Sequence record: NZ_CP069398.1 | Length of the DNA: 64,000 bases | From: a plasmid | Direction: 5' to 3' (one strand) | Part shown: one piece after another, positions 11,223 to 20,464 of the stretch | How the letters are laid out: the number at the start of each line of letters is the position of its first letter | Position numbering within the stretch: the stretch's first letter is position 1 | Made by a program: the position numbers and the translations under genes | Notes under the pieces: generated by a model | What the model was told of the DNA's origin: nothing | Databases searched by the model: none | What the model saw: the letters and a program-made list of their open reading frames with translations, nothing else

Positions 11223-11315
11223 TTTGTATCATCCTTTCTTTTTGTATCTAATTTAAGTATAAATGATACGTTAAAATTTGTAAATAAAAAAACAGTGGGT
11301 ATTAAGCACTGTTTT

Positions 11316-11954
11316 TTAGCAATTTTTCTCATTTAAAAAATCATTTACTATCAATAAGATAAGAAACCTTATTGATATAGATAACTCCCCTGCTCTTTCC
11401 TCTATAATATTTCTAATACTTTGAGAAAAAGTTGTATCCAATGTTTCCTTTTCGTTTCCAGAATGATAATTAGCTATTCTTTCTTTTCTTTTGATAACCC
11501 TTAAAGAAATGATTGTATTAATCGATAACGAATATTCATTACAGTAATTTAGAATTTTTTTTTTAGTATCTGAATCAATCCAAATTTGTGTTTTTATTCT
11601 GTGATTGCCCTCATCTTCTACACCATCAACTAAATTCATCCTGTTATTTTCTAAATATTCTGATACAATCAGTCCTAGAAAAATTCTTCTAGAAAGACCA
11701 TATTTATTATGACTATCGATATTATCCAGTAAAATATTATTTATATTTATACTTACTAATTTTGAAATTTTCATGTTATCTTTCAAATCTTGAATTTTCT
11801 CTTTTGTTAATTCTGTTTCTGTGAAAATTTCAGATATAACATAACAGACAATATTAGATAAGGATACACCTATAATTTTGGCTGTAGACCTTAAAATCTT
11901 ATCAGCTTCTTCAGTTAATAATAAAGAAGATTTAACTACAGGAGATTTTGTCAT
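11316..11954 (-). CDS. hypothetical protein, possible tandem RHH-like regulator at head of transfer operon
   Basis: 212 aa; two internally similar segments (ILRSTAKIIGVSLSNIV / ILNYCNEYSLSINTII); first gene of the minus-strand tra operon. Confidence 0.3.
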   Translation of the reverse strand: MTKSPVVKSSLLLTEEADKILRSTAKIIGVSLSNIVCYVISEIFTETELTKEKIQDLKDNMKISKLVSININNILLDNIDSHNKYGLSRRIFLGLIVSEYLENNRMNLVDGVEDEGNHRIKTQIWIDSDTKKKILNYCNEYSLSINTIISLRVIKRKERIANYHSGNEKETLDTTFSQSIRNIIEERAGELSISIRFLILLIVNDFLNEKNC

Positions 11955-12315
11955 TTCTAACGCCCTCCTTTCTAGGGATAATTTACCTTTTTTACAAGCA
12001 TAAGATATGTTATTATGTACTTATTATCAGTATAAGTGATATAATATTGTTAACACAAGGTATTTTTTGCCTTTGTATTCTTAATTAGTCAAGAAATAAA
12101 AAAATCCCTGCTTCACCACCCATTTCTCTTGGTTCTCTAGTTTGGCGACTAAACCAAAGAGAAATTGAGAATGTAGTTAACAGAGATATCTTTACATTAT
12201 TATGTGTTTTGATGATTTATATTATACCATCTAAACATATTATTGTGAAGAAATTTTGCCTCTGTTTAACTTACATCAAATTTATTGGTGTGCAGATAAA
12301 ATGGAGGTAATTTTT

Positions 12316-13434
12316 GTGCGGAAGTTAAAAAGAGTTGTCATTAAAGAAGAATTAGTCGAGTTAACAGGTGATTCAGTTAAATCACTAATTCTAAGTCAAT
12401 TCCTTTACTGGACAGATATAATGAACAATTTAGATGAGAAGAAGAAAAGAGACATTGAAGCCTTTGAAAAGATCGGTGAGACCTATGAGGCTAATAAACT
12501 TAGAAAAGAATTACGAAACGGTTGGTTTTTTAAATCGGCTGCTGAACTTGATGACGAGATTATGATTAGCAAACGCTCAACAATTGACAGGAAGTTAAAA
12601 GAATTGATTGAGCTTCCTTTTATCGAAACTAGAACACCTGATGAAATGGCGAAGACTAATCGAGAAAAAGCTAATCGTTCAACTTGGTATAGAATTGATT
12701 TAAAAATTCTACATAAAGAGTTAAAGAAAATTGGTTATCCTTTAGAAGGCTATTCATTACCAGAAGACGAAGAAAGCCTATCAGATAGCATTGCTCAAAA
12801 TGAGCAATCAGAAAAAACGTTGATAAATAGCATTGCTCATTTTGAGCAATCCACTGCTCATTTTGAGCAATCCACTGCTCAAAATGAGCAATCATACAAT
12901 GTATTACTACAGAATATTACTACAAATACATTAGTAAGTAAGTATGTAGGCGCTAACGCTCAATCTATATTTGAGCTTTATAAAAAGGACTTTAAACCAA
13001 CAACACATGCCAAGAATTCTATTGAACTATTTTGTGAAACTTATTCACCTGATTTAGTTGCAGAAGCAATTCAAAGAGCTGTTATGAATGAAGCTGATAA
13101 GCCAATAGCTTTTATTAAGAAAGTTTTATTTAATTGGCATGAAGCTGGATGCTCAACTGTAGAACAGGTATTAGATCATGAAAAGAAATTCAAAGAGGAA
13201 CGGAAAAGAAAGCTTGCTGAAAAGCGAAAAAAGCAGTCTTCAAATAAAAAAATTGTAAGAAAAGAAATGGTACCTGAGTGGCATGGTAAAAGTAATGAAG
13301 AGAATAAAGCCGATGCTAAAGCACACGAAAATATGTCTGATGAAGAGTTTGAGATTGAGAAACGCAAATTACAAGAAGAACTTAAAGCGTTAAACGCTGA
13401 ATTGAAAAACAAAGGCAAAGAACAACCTGTTTAA
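12316..13434 (+). CDS. plasmid replication initiator with DnaD-like C-terminal domain; ori (iterons) inside the ORF
   Basis: GTG at 12316 preceded by GGAGG (ORF frame open from 12256); C-terminal segment FIKKVLFNWHEAG resembles the DnaD/replisome-organiser DDBH2 motif; four palindromic iterons inside the gene. Confidence 0.55.
   Translation: MRKLKRVVIKEELVELTGDSVKSLILSQFLYWTDIMNNLDEKKKRDIEAFEKIGETYEANKLRKELRNGWFFKSAAELDDEIMISKRSTIDRKLKELIELPFIETRTPDEMAKTNREKANRSTWYRIDLKILHKELKKIGYPLEGYSLPEDEESLSDSIAQNEQSEKTLINSIAHFEQSTAHFEQSTAQNEQSYNVLLQNITTNTLVSKYVGANAQSIFELYKKDFKPTTHAKNSIELFCETYSPDLVAEAIQRAVMNEADKPIAFIKKVLFNWHEAGCSTVEQVLDHEKKFKEERKRKLAEKRKKQSSNKKIVRKEMVPEWHGKSNEENKADAKAHENMSDEEFEIEKRKLQEELKALNAELKNKGKEQPV
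12787..12894. repeat. four tandem ~21-bp palindromic iterons (TGCTCAWWWTGAGCAATCMAC) inside the rep ORF
   Basis: Copies at 12791-12810, 12833-12854, 12855-12875 and 12876-12894; each an imperfect palindrome TTGCTCA-N3-TGAGCAA. Confidence 0.7.
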
Positions 13435-14012
13435 TAGCACCTAGACTTTTCAGACTGCCCCCAAATTAATTTTTAAAAGTTTCATATATAAAGGGTTATA
13501 AAAGTCAAATGAAGCTAAAATGAAGCGTTATAAGATTTATGAAGGTTTATGAGTTTCTATTCAACACATCATGTATCCAGTGGGGAACGCCCATGCTTAA
13601 TCGAGAATGCGCTATATCACATTTTCGATACATGATGGACGATTCCGCCACTCGCTACCTCGTTAGGCTTGTTTGATGCTCACTCGGAATGTAGTAGACG
13701 GTTTGGCCACGCTAACGCTATATACGGCAAGTTTATATAGTGTTGGCTTTTTATATAGAAAAGCCGTATTAATTGCTCGAAAGAACAATCTATTTGTTTT
13801 TTAGCTGCTTAAGCAGGTTAATAATCCTTTGGTTTGTCATCTTTTAATATACAATTTCACATGTCATTTAGGATAATGCGGATTGAAAGGAAAACTGATA
13901 TCACCCAAGAGGACTTATATAAAATAGTGTATATTTATCTGTTAAAAACCATATCAAGCGTTGGTATGGTTTTTGGACTTTTTATAATAGTTATCTGAAT
14001 GTAAATTCTATT

Positions 14013-14120
14013 CAGAATATTCTGTATAACGTTGAACTTAAGTTCAACTTAAGGGGTTCTTGGTGAAAACACTTAGTGAGGGAGTTTAACTTAATTCAAC
14101 TTTAAGTTAAACTTAATAGA
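14013..14120. promoter_or_regulatory. cluster of palindromes/direct repeats (CAGAATATTCTG; TTCAACTTAAG x2; TTAACTTAATTCAACTTTAAGTTAAACTTAA) upstream of the HTH regulator
   Basis: Seen directly; located 130-240 bp upstream of the 14254 start. Confidence 0.4.
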
Positions 14121-14253
14121 TTTATTGTTAATTGGTTATTTTAATTAATTGATAAATTTATTTCTTGAAACGAGTATTATAGTTCAAAAGACGTTACAGG
14201 AATTTTTCATTTATTGTAGAATGGAGTTTGTGTGAACGCGAGGGGGAACGCTT

Positions 14254-14829
14254 ATGAATGAGAAAGGAACAACGGAAAGAGCCTATTGGACTAAGGAAAT
14301 AGCAGATGTATTGCAGATATCTAATAGTACTTTGAGGAAATGGTGCCTAGCGCTAGAGAACGCAGGATACATTTTTGATAGAGGAGCTAATAATAGCCGC
14401 GTTTTTTACGATAAGGATATGTTGCTAATAAGAAGGCTAAAAGAGCTAGTTCAATATAAAAAAATGGCGCTTGATACGTCGGCAAACCTTGTTGTATCAA
14501 CGTTAGAAGGTGCAAGGCGAACAGCAGGCGTTCGCGAAGAGAACAGCGATAATTCGAGTGCTCCTATGAAACCTATGAACGCTCAAGAACACGTTCTTAT
14601 TGGTGAAGTATTAGATAGACTTGAACGTATGGAGGAATTCAATAAGCAGCTTATATCAAGGTTAGAAGAAAGAGATAAGTATATACAAGAACAGCTTCAT
14701 AAGCGTGACGAACGCATGATAACGTCGTTACGCGAAATGATGGAAGCAAAAAAGGAAATTGCAGCAAGTGAAAAGGCGGAAAAAGAAGAAAAGAAAGGTT
14801 TTTGGCAACGGCTTTTCAACAGACCTTAA
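14254..14829 (+). CDS. MerR/excisionase-type HTH DNA-binding protein with C-terminal coiled coil
   Basis: HTH segment TKEIADVLQISNSTLRKWC; Glu/Lys/Arg-rich coiled-coil C-terminus; strong RBS GAGGGGG. Confidence 0.5.
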   Translation: MNEKGTTERAYWTKEIADVLQISNSTLRKWCLALENAGYIFDRGANNSRVFYDKDMLLIRRLKELVQYKKMALDTSANLVVSTLEGARRTAGVREENSDNSSAPMKPMNAQEHVLIGEVLDRLERMEEFNKQLISRLEERDKYIQEQLHKRDERMITSLREMMEAKKEIAASEKAEKEEKKGFWQRLFNRP

Positions 14830-14982
14830 CAGCAGAAATAATCCGCCTTTAGGCGGTCTTAATAGCCTTTAGGCTTTATGTTTTTTCTTATAAAAAAATA
14901 AAAGAAGAGTGCTTCTTATAGCTCTCTTCTAAATAAATTATCTGTTGGATTTTTGGTTATCTGATGTAATTTTAGGAGTTGA

Positions 14983-15126
14983 ATCACTTGATGCTTTCTC
15001 TGAGGGGTTCTTCATTTGATTTTGGATCTAGGGCTTCTTCTAAACAATGTGCGCACAATACATTAAATATGTTTTTAGGTTCCTTTTCACCACATTTTTT
15101 GCATTTCTCAATAAGTGTAAACTCCA
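14983..15126 (-). CDS. putative 47-aa zinc-ribbon protein
   Basis: Hand-translated minus-strand ORF MEFTLIEKCKKCGEKEPKNIFNVLCAHCLEEALD... with CxxC...CxxC; not in the supplied ORF track (below length cutoff). Confidence 0.25.
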
Positions 15127-15172
15127 TTAAAATCCCTATCCTTTGTTTTTAGTATTCTAGCTACCTTTAAGT

Positions 15173-15892
15173 CTAATTTAGTTCTACTTCATCTTCTAAA
15201 ACGGTAAATTCCACATCGAGAATTTCTTCAATTTCTTTTTCAATACGATGATCTAAAACAGTATTAAATGTATCCAATACTCCAAATGCTAATTCAGGAT
15301 TTTCTACTTCCTGGCTAAGTTGTTCAATTACAATTTTAGTATCATCTGCATGACTGTCAATTACTTGATGACCGACAAAAAATGTTCCTCTTTCAGTTTC
15401 ATAAACATTCATTTCAACTATATCTGATGTAAGTAAATAACGGTTATCAAATTCAACATTTTCAACTGATTGTTTAGCTACAATTTCACTATCAGCCACT
15501 GTGAAAACAATTCGTTCAGAATCCAAAGGAACTGGATAGAGATTCGCGGGTGCAAAAACTGGTTCTTCTAATTTGAAAAAATCTTTATGTTGCATTTCAT
15601 TTTTATTTTCGTGCTCTGGATGGATAATCATTTCTCTTTTTGGAACAATCATCGGATATTGACCTTGTGGAAAATACTCTAATCGTTTTTGGTTTTTTAA
15701 TTTATCGAGAGTGGTATTTACATATTGCTTCGCTGATTTGCTATCAAGGTCAAACTTATCTTTTATTTTTTCTTCGACTTCATTGACAGGTTGGAGTTTT
15801 CTTTTTTGAAGCATCTTCATAATAATAGCTTCTGTAATGGCTTCTATATTTCTCTTTACTTGCTCCGATATTCCAGTAGAATTATGGCGCAT
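15173..15892 (-). CDS. hypothetical acidic protein
   Basis: 239-aa ORF; no motif recognised; divergent operon with the relaxase. Confidence 0.4.
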   Translation of the reverse strand: MRHNSTGISEQVKRNIEAITEAIIMKMLQKRKLQPVNEVEEKIKDKFDLDSKSAKQYVNTTLDKLKNQKRLEYFPQGQYPMIVPKREMIIHPEHENKNEMQHKDFFKLEEPVFAPANLYPVPLDSERIVFTVADSEIVAKQSVENVEFDNRYLLTSDIVEMNVYETERGTFFVGHQVIDSHADDTKIVIEQLSQEVENPELAFGVLDTFNTVLDHRIEKEIEEILDVEFTVLEDEVELN

Positions 15893-15895
15893 CTT

Positions 15896-16186
15896 TTACA
15901 CTCCTTCTTCTTCATTATCGTTTCTTTCGCTAAGTAAAATATAATCCTTATTTATTCGTTTTTGTGCTTTCACCATATCTCCAAATTGAATAGCAACTTG
16001 TTCAGCTTCTTCTTGACCAGTAATATCAAAATACTTTTCAAAAATCGCTCCAACCTGTACAAGTCTTCTTGTTCTCTCTCTACGTTCTTTTTCTTTTGCT
16101 CTTTGTTTTAATTCTTTCTCTTGTTTTAAAAGCTTTGTTTTTTGTTCTTCAATTTTTTTAAGTTTTTCTTCAATAGTTGGCATATA
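15896..16186 (-). CDS. small basic coiled-coil protein, candidate relaxosome accessory/auxiliary protein
   Basis: Likely start at MPTIEEK (16186); the longer 191-aa ORF extends into the promoter/oriT region and is probably an artefact; Lys/Glu/Arg-rich. Confidence 0.4.
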   Translation of the reverse strand, partial: YMPTIEEKLKKIEEQKTKLLKQEKELKQRAKEKERRERTRRLVQVGAIFEKYFDITGQEEAEQVAIQFGDMVKAQKRINKDYILLSERNDNEEEGV

Positions 16187-16299
16187 AAACAGTCCTTTCA
16201 ATTCATTTTTTATTTTTTTGTTTTTGGTATTTTGAACTTTGGTTTTTATTAGACAGAAAATTAAGATAAACCAATTATACCATTTGATGGAATAAAAAT

Positions 16300-16380
16300 A
16301 TAGTGTTATAATGGTCACTATAGAAGATAGTGCGCACTTATACATTGTTTCAATGTGTGCGGTTGCTTCGCAACAAAAAC
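16300..16380. promoter_or_regulatory. putative oriT / nic region
   Basis: Minus-strand ATAAGTGCGCAC (16329-16343) resembles the MOBQ nick core TAAGTGCGC; adjacent palindromes GTGCGCAC and GTTGCTTCGCAAC; immediately upstream of the relaxase. Confidence 0.35.
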
Positions 16381-16464
16381 GAAAAAAGAAAATACAAAAG
16401 ATAAATATAGTCCTCGCTACGATGCGGTGTTGCTTGAAGAGTCTAAAAAAAGGGGGTAAGAATA

Positions 16465-18486
16465 ATGGCAATTTATCACTATAACATGCAAATGATTAAA
16501 AGGTCAGAAGGAAGAAATGCAGTTGCTTGTGCAGCTTATCGTTCTGGCGAAACGTTAGTTGATGAATCAACAGGATTTACAAAAGATTATCCAAGAGACG
16601 TTCAACCAATTGCTTTTATTCTTGCTCCTGAAAATGCTCCGAAATGGGTTTATGACCGTCAGAAATTATGGAGTGAAGTTGAGAAAGTTGAAAAGAGAAA
16701 AGACTCGCAACTTGCACGTGAGATTAATATTGCATTACCAGTTGAATTATCTAATGAACAACAAGAAAAATTAGTGCGTGAATTTGTATCTGATAATTTT
16801 GTTTCCAATGGAATGATTGCAGATGTTGCAATTCATAGAGACGATATTAATAATCCGCATTTTCATGTTATGCTTACAACTCGTCATATTGATGAGAACG
16901 GATTCGGTAAAAAAGCAAGAGAATGGAATCCTAGTTTTAAGAATGTACAGAACGGAAGAGGTTTTGTTGCTGAAACTAATACAATTATTCATGCTCGTGA
17001 AATGTGGGCTAAGTATGCTAATCAATCTTTAGCTGATGCTGGTATTGAACAACGTATTACGCATTTGAAATTAGAGGATGGGACGTTGAAATTAATTCCT
17101 ACAAAACACTTAGGACCGACTGCAAACGCGATGGAAAAACGAGGTATTAAAACAGATGTTGGTGATCTGAATCGCGAAATCAAAAAACATAATGCTGAGG
17201 TTCTATCTTTCCATGAAAGAAAGAAAGAACTTGAAAAGGAAAAAAAGCAGCAGCGTGAATTTGATTCTTTAACACCAGATGAAAAAGTAGCGATTAAAAA
17301 CGCTGCTAAAGAAATGAAAAAATATGTTGATTACGATATTTGTAATGAGCGTCTTGAACAATTAAATAACTGGGAGACTTCTGTAGAACGTAAGCTTTCA
17401 CTAAATCCTAATGACATCAATTTAAATAAGCAATTGAAAACAATCCATGAGCAACGTAAAGTTGTAAAAAATGCCATGAAGGCATTTGAAAATGAGGCTA
17501 ATAGATATTTAATTGCTAAGTTTGATGCATCTTTAGTAAATGAATTTACTCCTGATGAACAACGTTATATTTATGACTATATTCAGAAATATGGAGAAGT
17601 TGAGGAGTCAAATTTAAAACATATTGTTGCTCGTTATGATGATGAACAATCTTTAAAGTCTGTCTCTAAATTTATGAAACAAGATGTTACTTATGATTCT
17701 TTAAAGACTGAAATAGATAAATTGCATTTATGGAAAAATTCTATTGACCGGAAGCAAGCAGAATTAATTACAGCCTATGAAAATTCGAGTAACAAGGAAA
17801 TGTTTGAAAAAGATCATTCCCAAGAGTTTAAAGATGTTTTTGCTCAAGAAGAATCTTATGAAAAGAAAAAGATTATTATTGAAAAAGCATTTGAGGTTTT
17901 AGAAAGACAAATGATTATGAAATTCGCTTTGGTATACCCTGAGTATCCGTATATTTCAGATATGAAACCGGAAGCAGCTAAACACATTCTAGACTTAAAT
18001 GCATACTACGGAAAAACAATTCCTTTAAATGAAATTAGTAATATTCAGAATCAACCTAGATTTACATTTGATGAAAGAAAAGAAATTCATGAGTCTATCC
18101 AGGAGCTAAAAGAAGTGCAAAAAATGATTCGTTCCTTTAGCAAAGAAGATAGCCCAGAAGCACAAGAGAATTTACCATTATTACAGTCTTATTCTACACA
18201 ACAAAAAGAAGCGTTCTTGGCGAAATACGATATAGATATTACTGATCCTGTATTTATACGCCTGTTCATGGAAGAATGTAAACATCAAAGAGATCCGTTT
18301 ATCGAGATAGATGGCCTAACATATTTAGATAACAATACAAATAATCCTCTAATGTCAAACAACATTTTAGGTGATATTATAACAGCCCTAGAACAAGCTG
18401 AACGTGATGCAGACCAACGTGCTCAAGAAAGACAACGCATGGGTAAAGGTAGAGGGAAACGTAGAAATATTGGTTTAGACCTATAA
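16465..18486 (+). CDS. MobA/MobL-family conjugative relaxase
   Basis: N-terminus MAIYHYNMQMIKRSEGRNAVACAAYRSGE with catalytic Tyr; 3-His motif region HRDDINNPHFHVMLTTR; 673 aa. Confidence 0.85.
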   Translation: MAIYHYNMQMIKRSEGRNAVACAAYRSGETLVDESTGFTKDYPRDVQPIAFILAPENAPKWVYDRQKLWSEVEKVEKRKDSQLAREINIALPVELSNEQQEKLVREFVSDNFVSNGMIADVAIHRDDINNPHFHVMLTTRHIDENGFGKKAREWNPSFKNVQNGRGFVAETNTIIHAREMWAKYANQSLADAGIEQRITHLKLEDGTLKLIPTKHLGPTANAMEKRGIKTDVGDLNREIKKHNAEVLSFHERKKELEKEKKQQREFDSLTPDEKVAIKNAAKEMKKYVDYDICNERLEQLNNWETSVERKLSLNPNDINLNKQLKTIHEQRKVVKNAMKAFENEANRYLIAKFDASLVNEFTPDEQRYIYDYIQKYGEVEESNLKHIVARYDDEQSLKSVSKFMKQDVTYDSLKTEIDKLHLWKNSIDRKQAELITAYENSSNKEMFEKDHSQEFKDVFAQEESYEKKKIIIEKAFEVLERQMIMKFALVYPEYPYISDMKPEAAKHILDLNAYYGKTIPLNEISNIQNQPRFTFDERKEIHESIQELKEVQKMIRSFSKEDSPEAQENLPLLQSYSTQQKEAFLAKYDIDITDPVFIRLFMEECKHQRDPFIEIDGLTYLDNNTNNPLMSNNILGDIITALEQAERDADQRAQERQRMGKGRGKRRNIGLDL

Positions 18487-18506
18487 TGAAAAAGAGGTGA
18501 ACTGTA

Positions 18507-18902
18507 TTGTTTGCTATAAAAAAGATAATTGTATGCTTTTGGTTTCCACTCCTTCTGGGAGTGGTCACCTTAATTAGTGTCTATCAGCTGCTAGGTTATG
18601 ATTTTAATGGTGTACGTTTCACCCATGAAGAAAAAATGTTTTTAGGCAAAAAAGCAGCGTCTTGGGTTTTTTGTATCCCATTTGGATATCGGGTTATCAA
18701 TTATCTAATGAGTAAATTAGTAACAGGAATTTGGATTGTAAATGGATTCGTTTTAATTTTCTGGTGGTTATTCAAACTTTCAATTTCAGTAATGTTTGCT
18801 CCATTTTTCTTTGCTGTGTATCTAATAGCATTTATTTATAATAACATCTCTTTGTTTATAACTAATCACAAAAAAACTAGAGTAACACAACGGCAGTTTT
18901 AA
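18507..18902 (+). CDS. small integral membrane protein
   Basis: 131 aa; 3-4 TM helices; follows the relaxase. Confidence 0.4.
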   Translation: MFAIKKIIVCFWFPLLLGVVTLISVYQLLGYDFNGVRFTHEEKMFLGKKAASWVFCIPFGYRVINYLMSKLVTGIWIVNGFVLIFWWLFKLSISVMFAPFFFAVYLIAFIYNNISLFITNHKKTRVTQRQF

Positions 18903-19001
18903 CGATTGCTGTGTATTTACAGTTATAAATAGAATAATTAATGCACCTATTGATAGTGCTTCTGATCAGAAAAAAGGAATTATAAACGGGAGGATTTAAA
19001 A

Positions 19002-19283
19002 ATGAAATCAACAGGTATTGTACGAAAAGTAGATGAGTTAGGGCGTGTCGTGATTCCAATTGAATTAAGAAAGGTTCTTAGCATTAAGGAGAAAGACCCT
19101 GTGGAAATATTTGTTAATGAAGATCAAATTATTCTAAAGAAATATACGCCTTACAATGAATGCGTTGTAACAGGTGAAATCACTCCTCAAAATAAGCAAT
19201 ATGCAAACGGGATAGTATTAAGCCCTAGAGGTGCGGAGATTTTAAAACATGAGATAGAATTTAAGTATGGTATAAAAGCTTGA
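19002..19283 (+). CDS. abrB: AbrB-family transition-state regulator (AbrB paralog)
   Basis: N-terminus MKSTGIVRKVDELGRVVIPIELRK...IILKKY matches AbrB/Abh/SpoVT swapped-hairpin domain; 93 aa. Confidence 0.85.
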   Translation: MKSTGIVRKVDELGRVVIPIELRKVLSIKEKDPVEIFVNEDQIILKKYTPYNECVVTGEITPQNKQYANGIVLSPRGAEILKHEIEFKYGIKA

Positions 19284-19382
19284 TTTATACAGGATTTTAT
19301 ACAGTACGGGTCATTTGTAAAAGGCTTGGAACCTTGATAAATCAACGATGTATAAAATCGTGCATAAATGATAAATTTTAGT

Positions 19383-19422
19383 GTAGCGCTATCTCTTGTC
19401 GCCCAAGGGATAGCGTTTTTGT
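19383..19422 (+). terminator. rho-independent terminator after abrB-like gene
   Basis: Hairpin AGCGCTATC...GATAGCG followed by TTTTTGTTT. Confidence 0.5.
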
Positions 19423-19552
19423 TTGGTTCCGTGAAGAGTGTTTATGTAAACTAGGATTGTATATGATATACAACCCTAGTTTTATGAAAAATAAGGTGTT
19501 TAATATTCAGTTAAATGGTAAAATTGTTTTATTTTAGAAAAGAGGAAATGAT

Positions 19553-20305
19553 ATGTTAAGTTATAAAGATAGTACGAGAACTATAAAAGATAGTGGAACT
19601 GATACAGTAGTGATTCCAGTCGGTGCAACGGAACAGTTCGGTCCCTACCTCCCAATGCACTTAGATACACTAATAGCAGATCTCTATGCAGAAGCTTACG
19701 GTAATGAGTTAAATGCTTATATATTGCCAACGCTACCTTTTAATACTTCAGAGGAACATGCCGCCTTTAAAGGGACTGTTACAGTAAGTCCTAATACGTT
19801 AACTGCCATGCTTGAAGAGATTATAGTCAATTTAACACGCCAGGGCTTTACTAAGTTTGTTATTTGTACGGGACATGGTGGAGCGTATTGGGAATCGGCT
19901 TTTGTTAAACACATCAACTTTAAGTACCCAAATATTATTTTAATTGCACCTAATCATAATACTAATAAAGCTTGGAACGAAGCTATAAAGAAGGCTGAAC
20001 TTGAGGGCCTCAATGAAATTCATGGTGGACTACTGTCTGTATGTACAGCAATGTGGTTGTGCCCAGAGTTAGTTACATTAGAATCAATGGGTTCTAATAT
20101 ACCTAGTGAGAACCTTACATACGCTGATTATTTAACATGGGATAAATTAACTGAGGATGGCTGCTGGGGAAGTTTTGACCTTGGAAGTCATTCACCAGAG
20201 CAATTGAGGAAAAAAGGCGAAACTTTTTGGACTACGTTTATCTCCAAAAGAAGTCAAGGACTAAAGGAAATACTAGAAACTGCTTATCACAAAAAGCTCC
20301 TATAA
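19553..20305 (+). CDS. creatininase-family amidohydrolase
   Basis: Motifs VVIPVGATEQFGPYLPMHLD and ICTGHGG typical of creatinine amidohydrolase family. Confidence 0.65.
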   Translation: MLSYKDSTRTIKDSGTDTVVIPVGATEQFGPYLPMHLDTLIADLYAEAYGNELNAYILPTLPFNTSEEHAAFKGTVTVSPNTLTAMLEEIIVNLTRQGFTKFVICTGHGGAYWESAFVKHINFKYPNIILIAPNHNTNKAWNEAIKKAELEGLNEIHGGLLSVCTAMWLCPELVTLESMGSNIPSENLTYADYLTWDKLTEDGCWGSFDLGSHSPEQLRKKGETFWTTFISKRSQGLKEILETAYHKKLL

Positions 20306-20340
20306 CATTGAAAAAAGCCTTATTATAAGGCTTTTTTGCT
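20306..20340 (+). terminator. rho-independent terminator
   Basis: AAAAGCCTTATTATAAGGCTTTTTT hairpin + T-run. Confidence 0.6.
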
Positions 20341-20464
20341 ACCTATAATGTGGATTATGGTAACTAAAGATGTATGAAATATACAACGTTATTAAGCGCT
20401 CCTAAACATGCTTTATGGTATTATCTCTTGTATGTAATGGTTTATATATCCAGTAAAGAAAGGA

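Noticed and set aside
12671-12895. 74-aa minus-strand ORF with repeated IAHFEQW peptide
   Set aside because: Antisense reading of the palindromic iterons inside rep; the repeats are DNA-level features, not a gene
15896-16471. Long (191-aa) version of the small basic protein
   Set aside because: N-terminal 95 residues are low-complexity translation of the AT-rich oriT/promoter region; internal ATG at 16186 gives a compact coiled-coil protein
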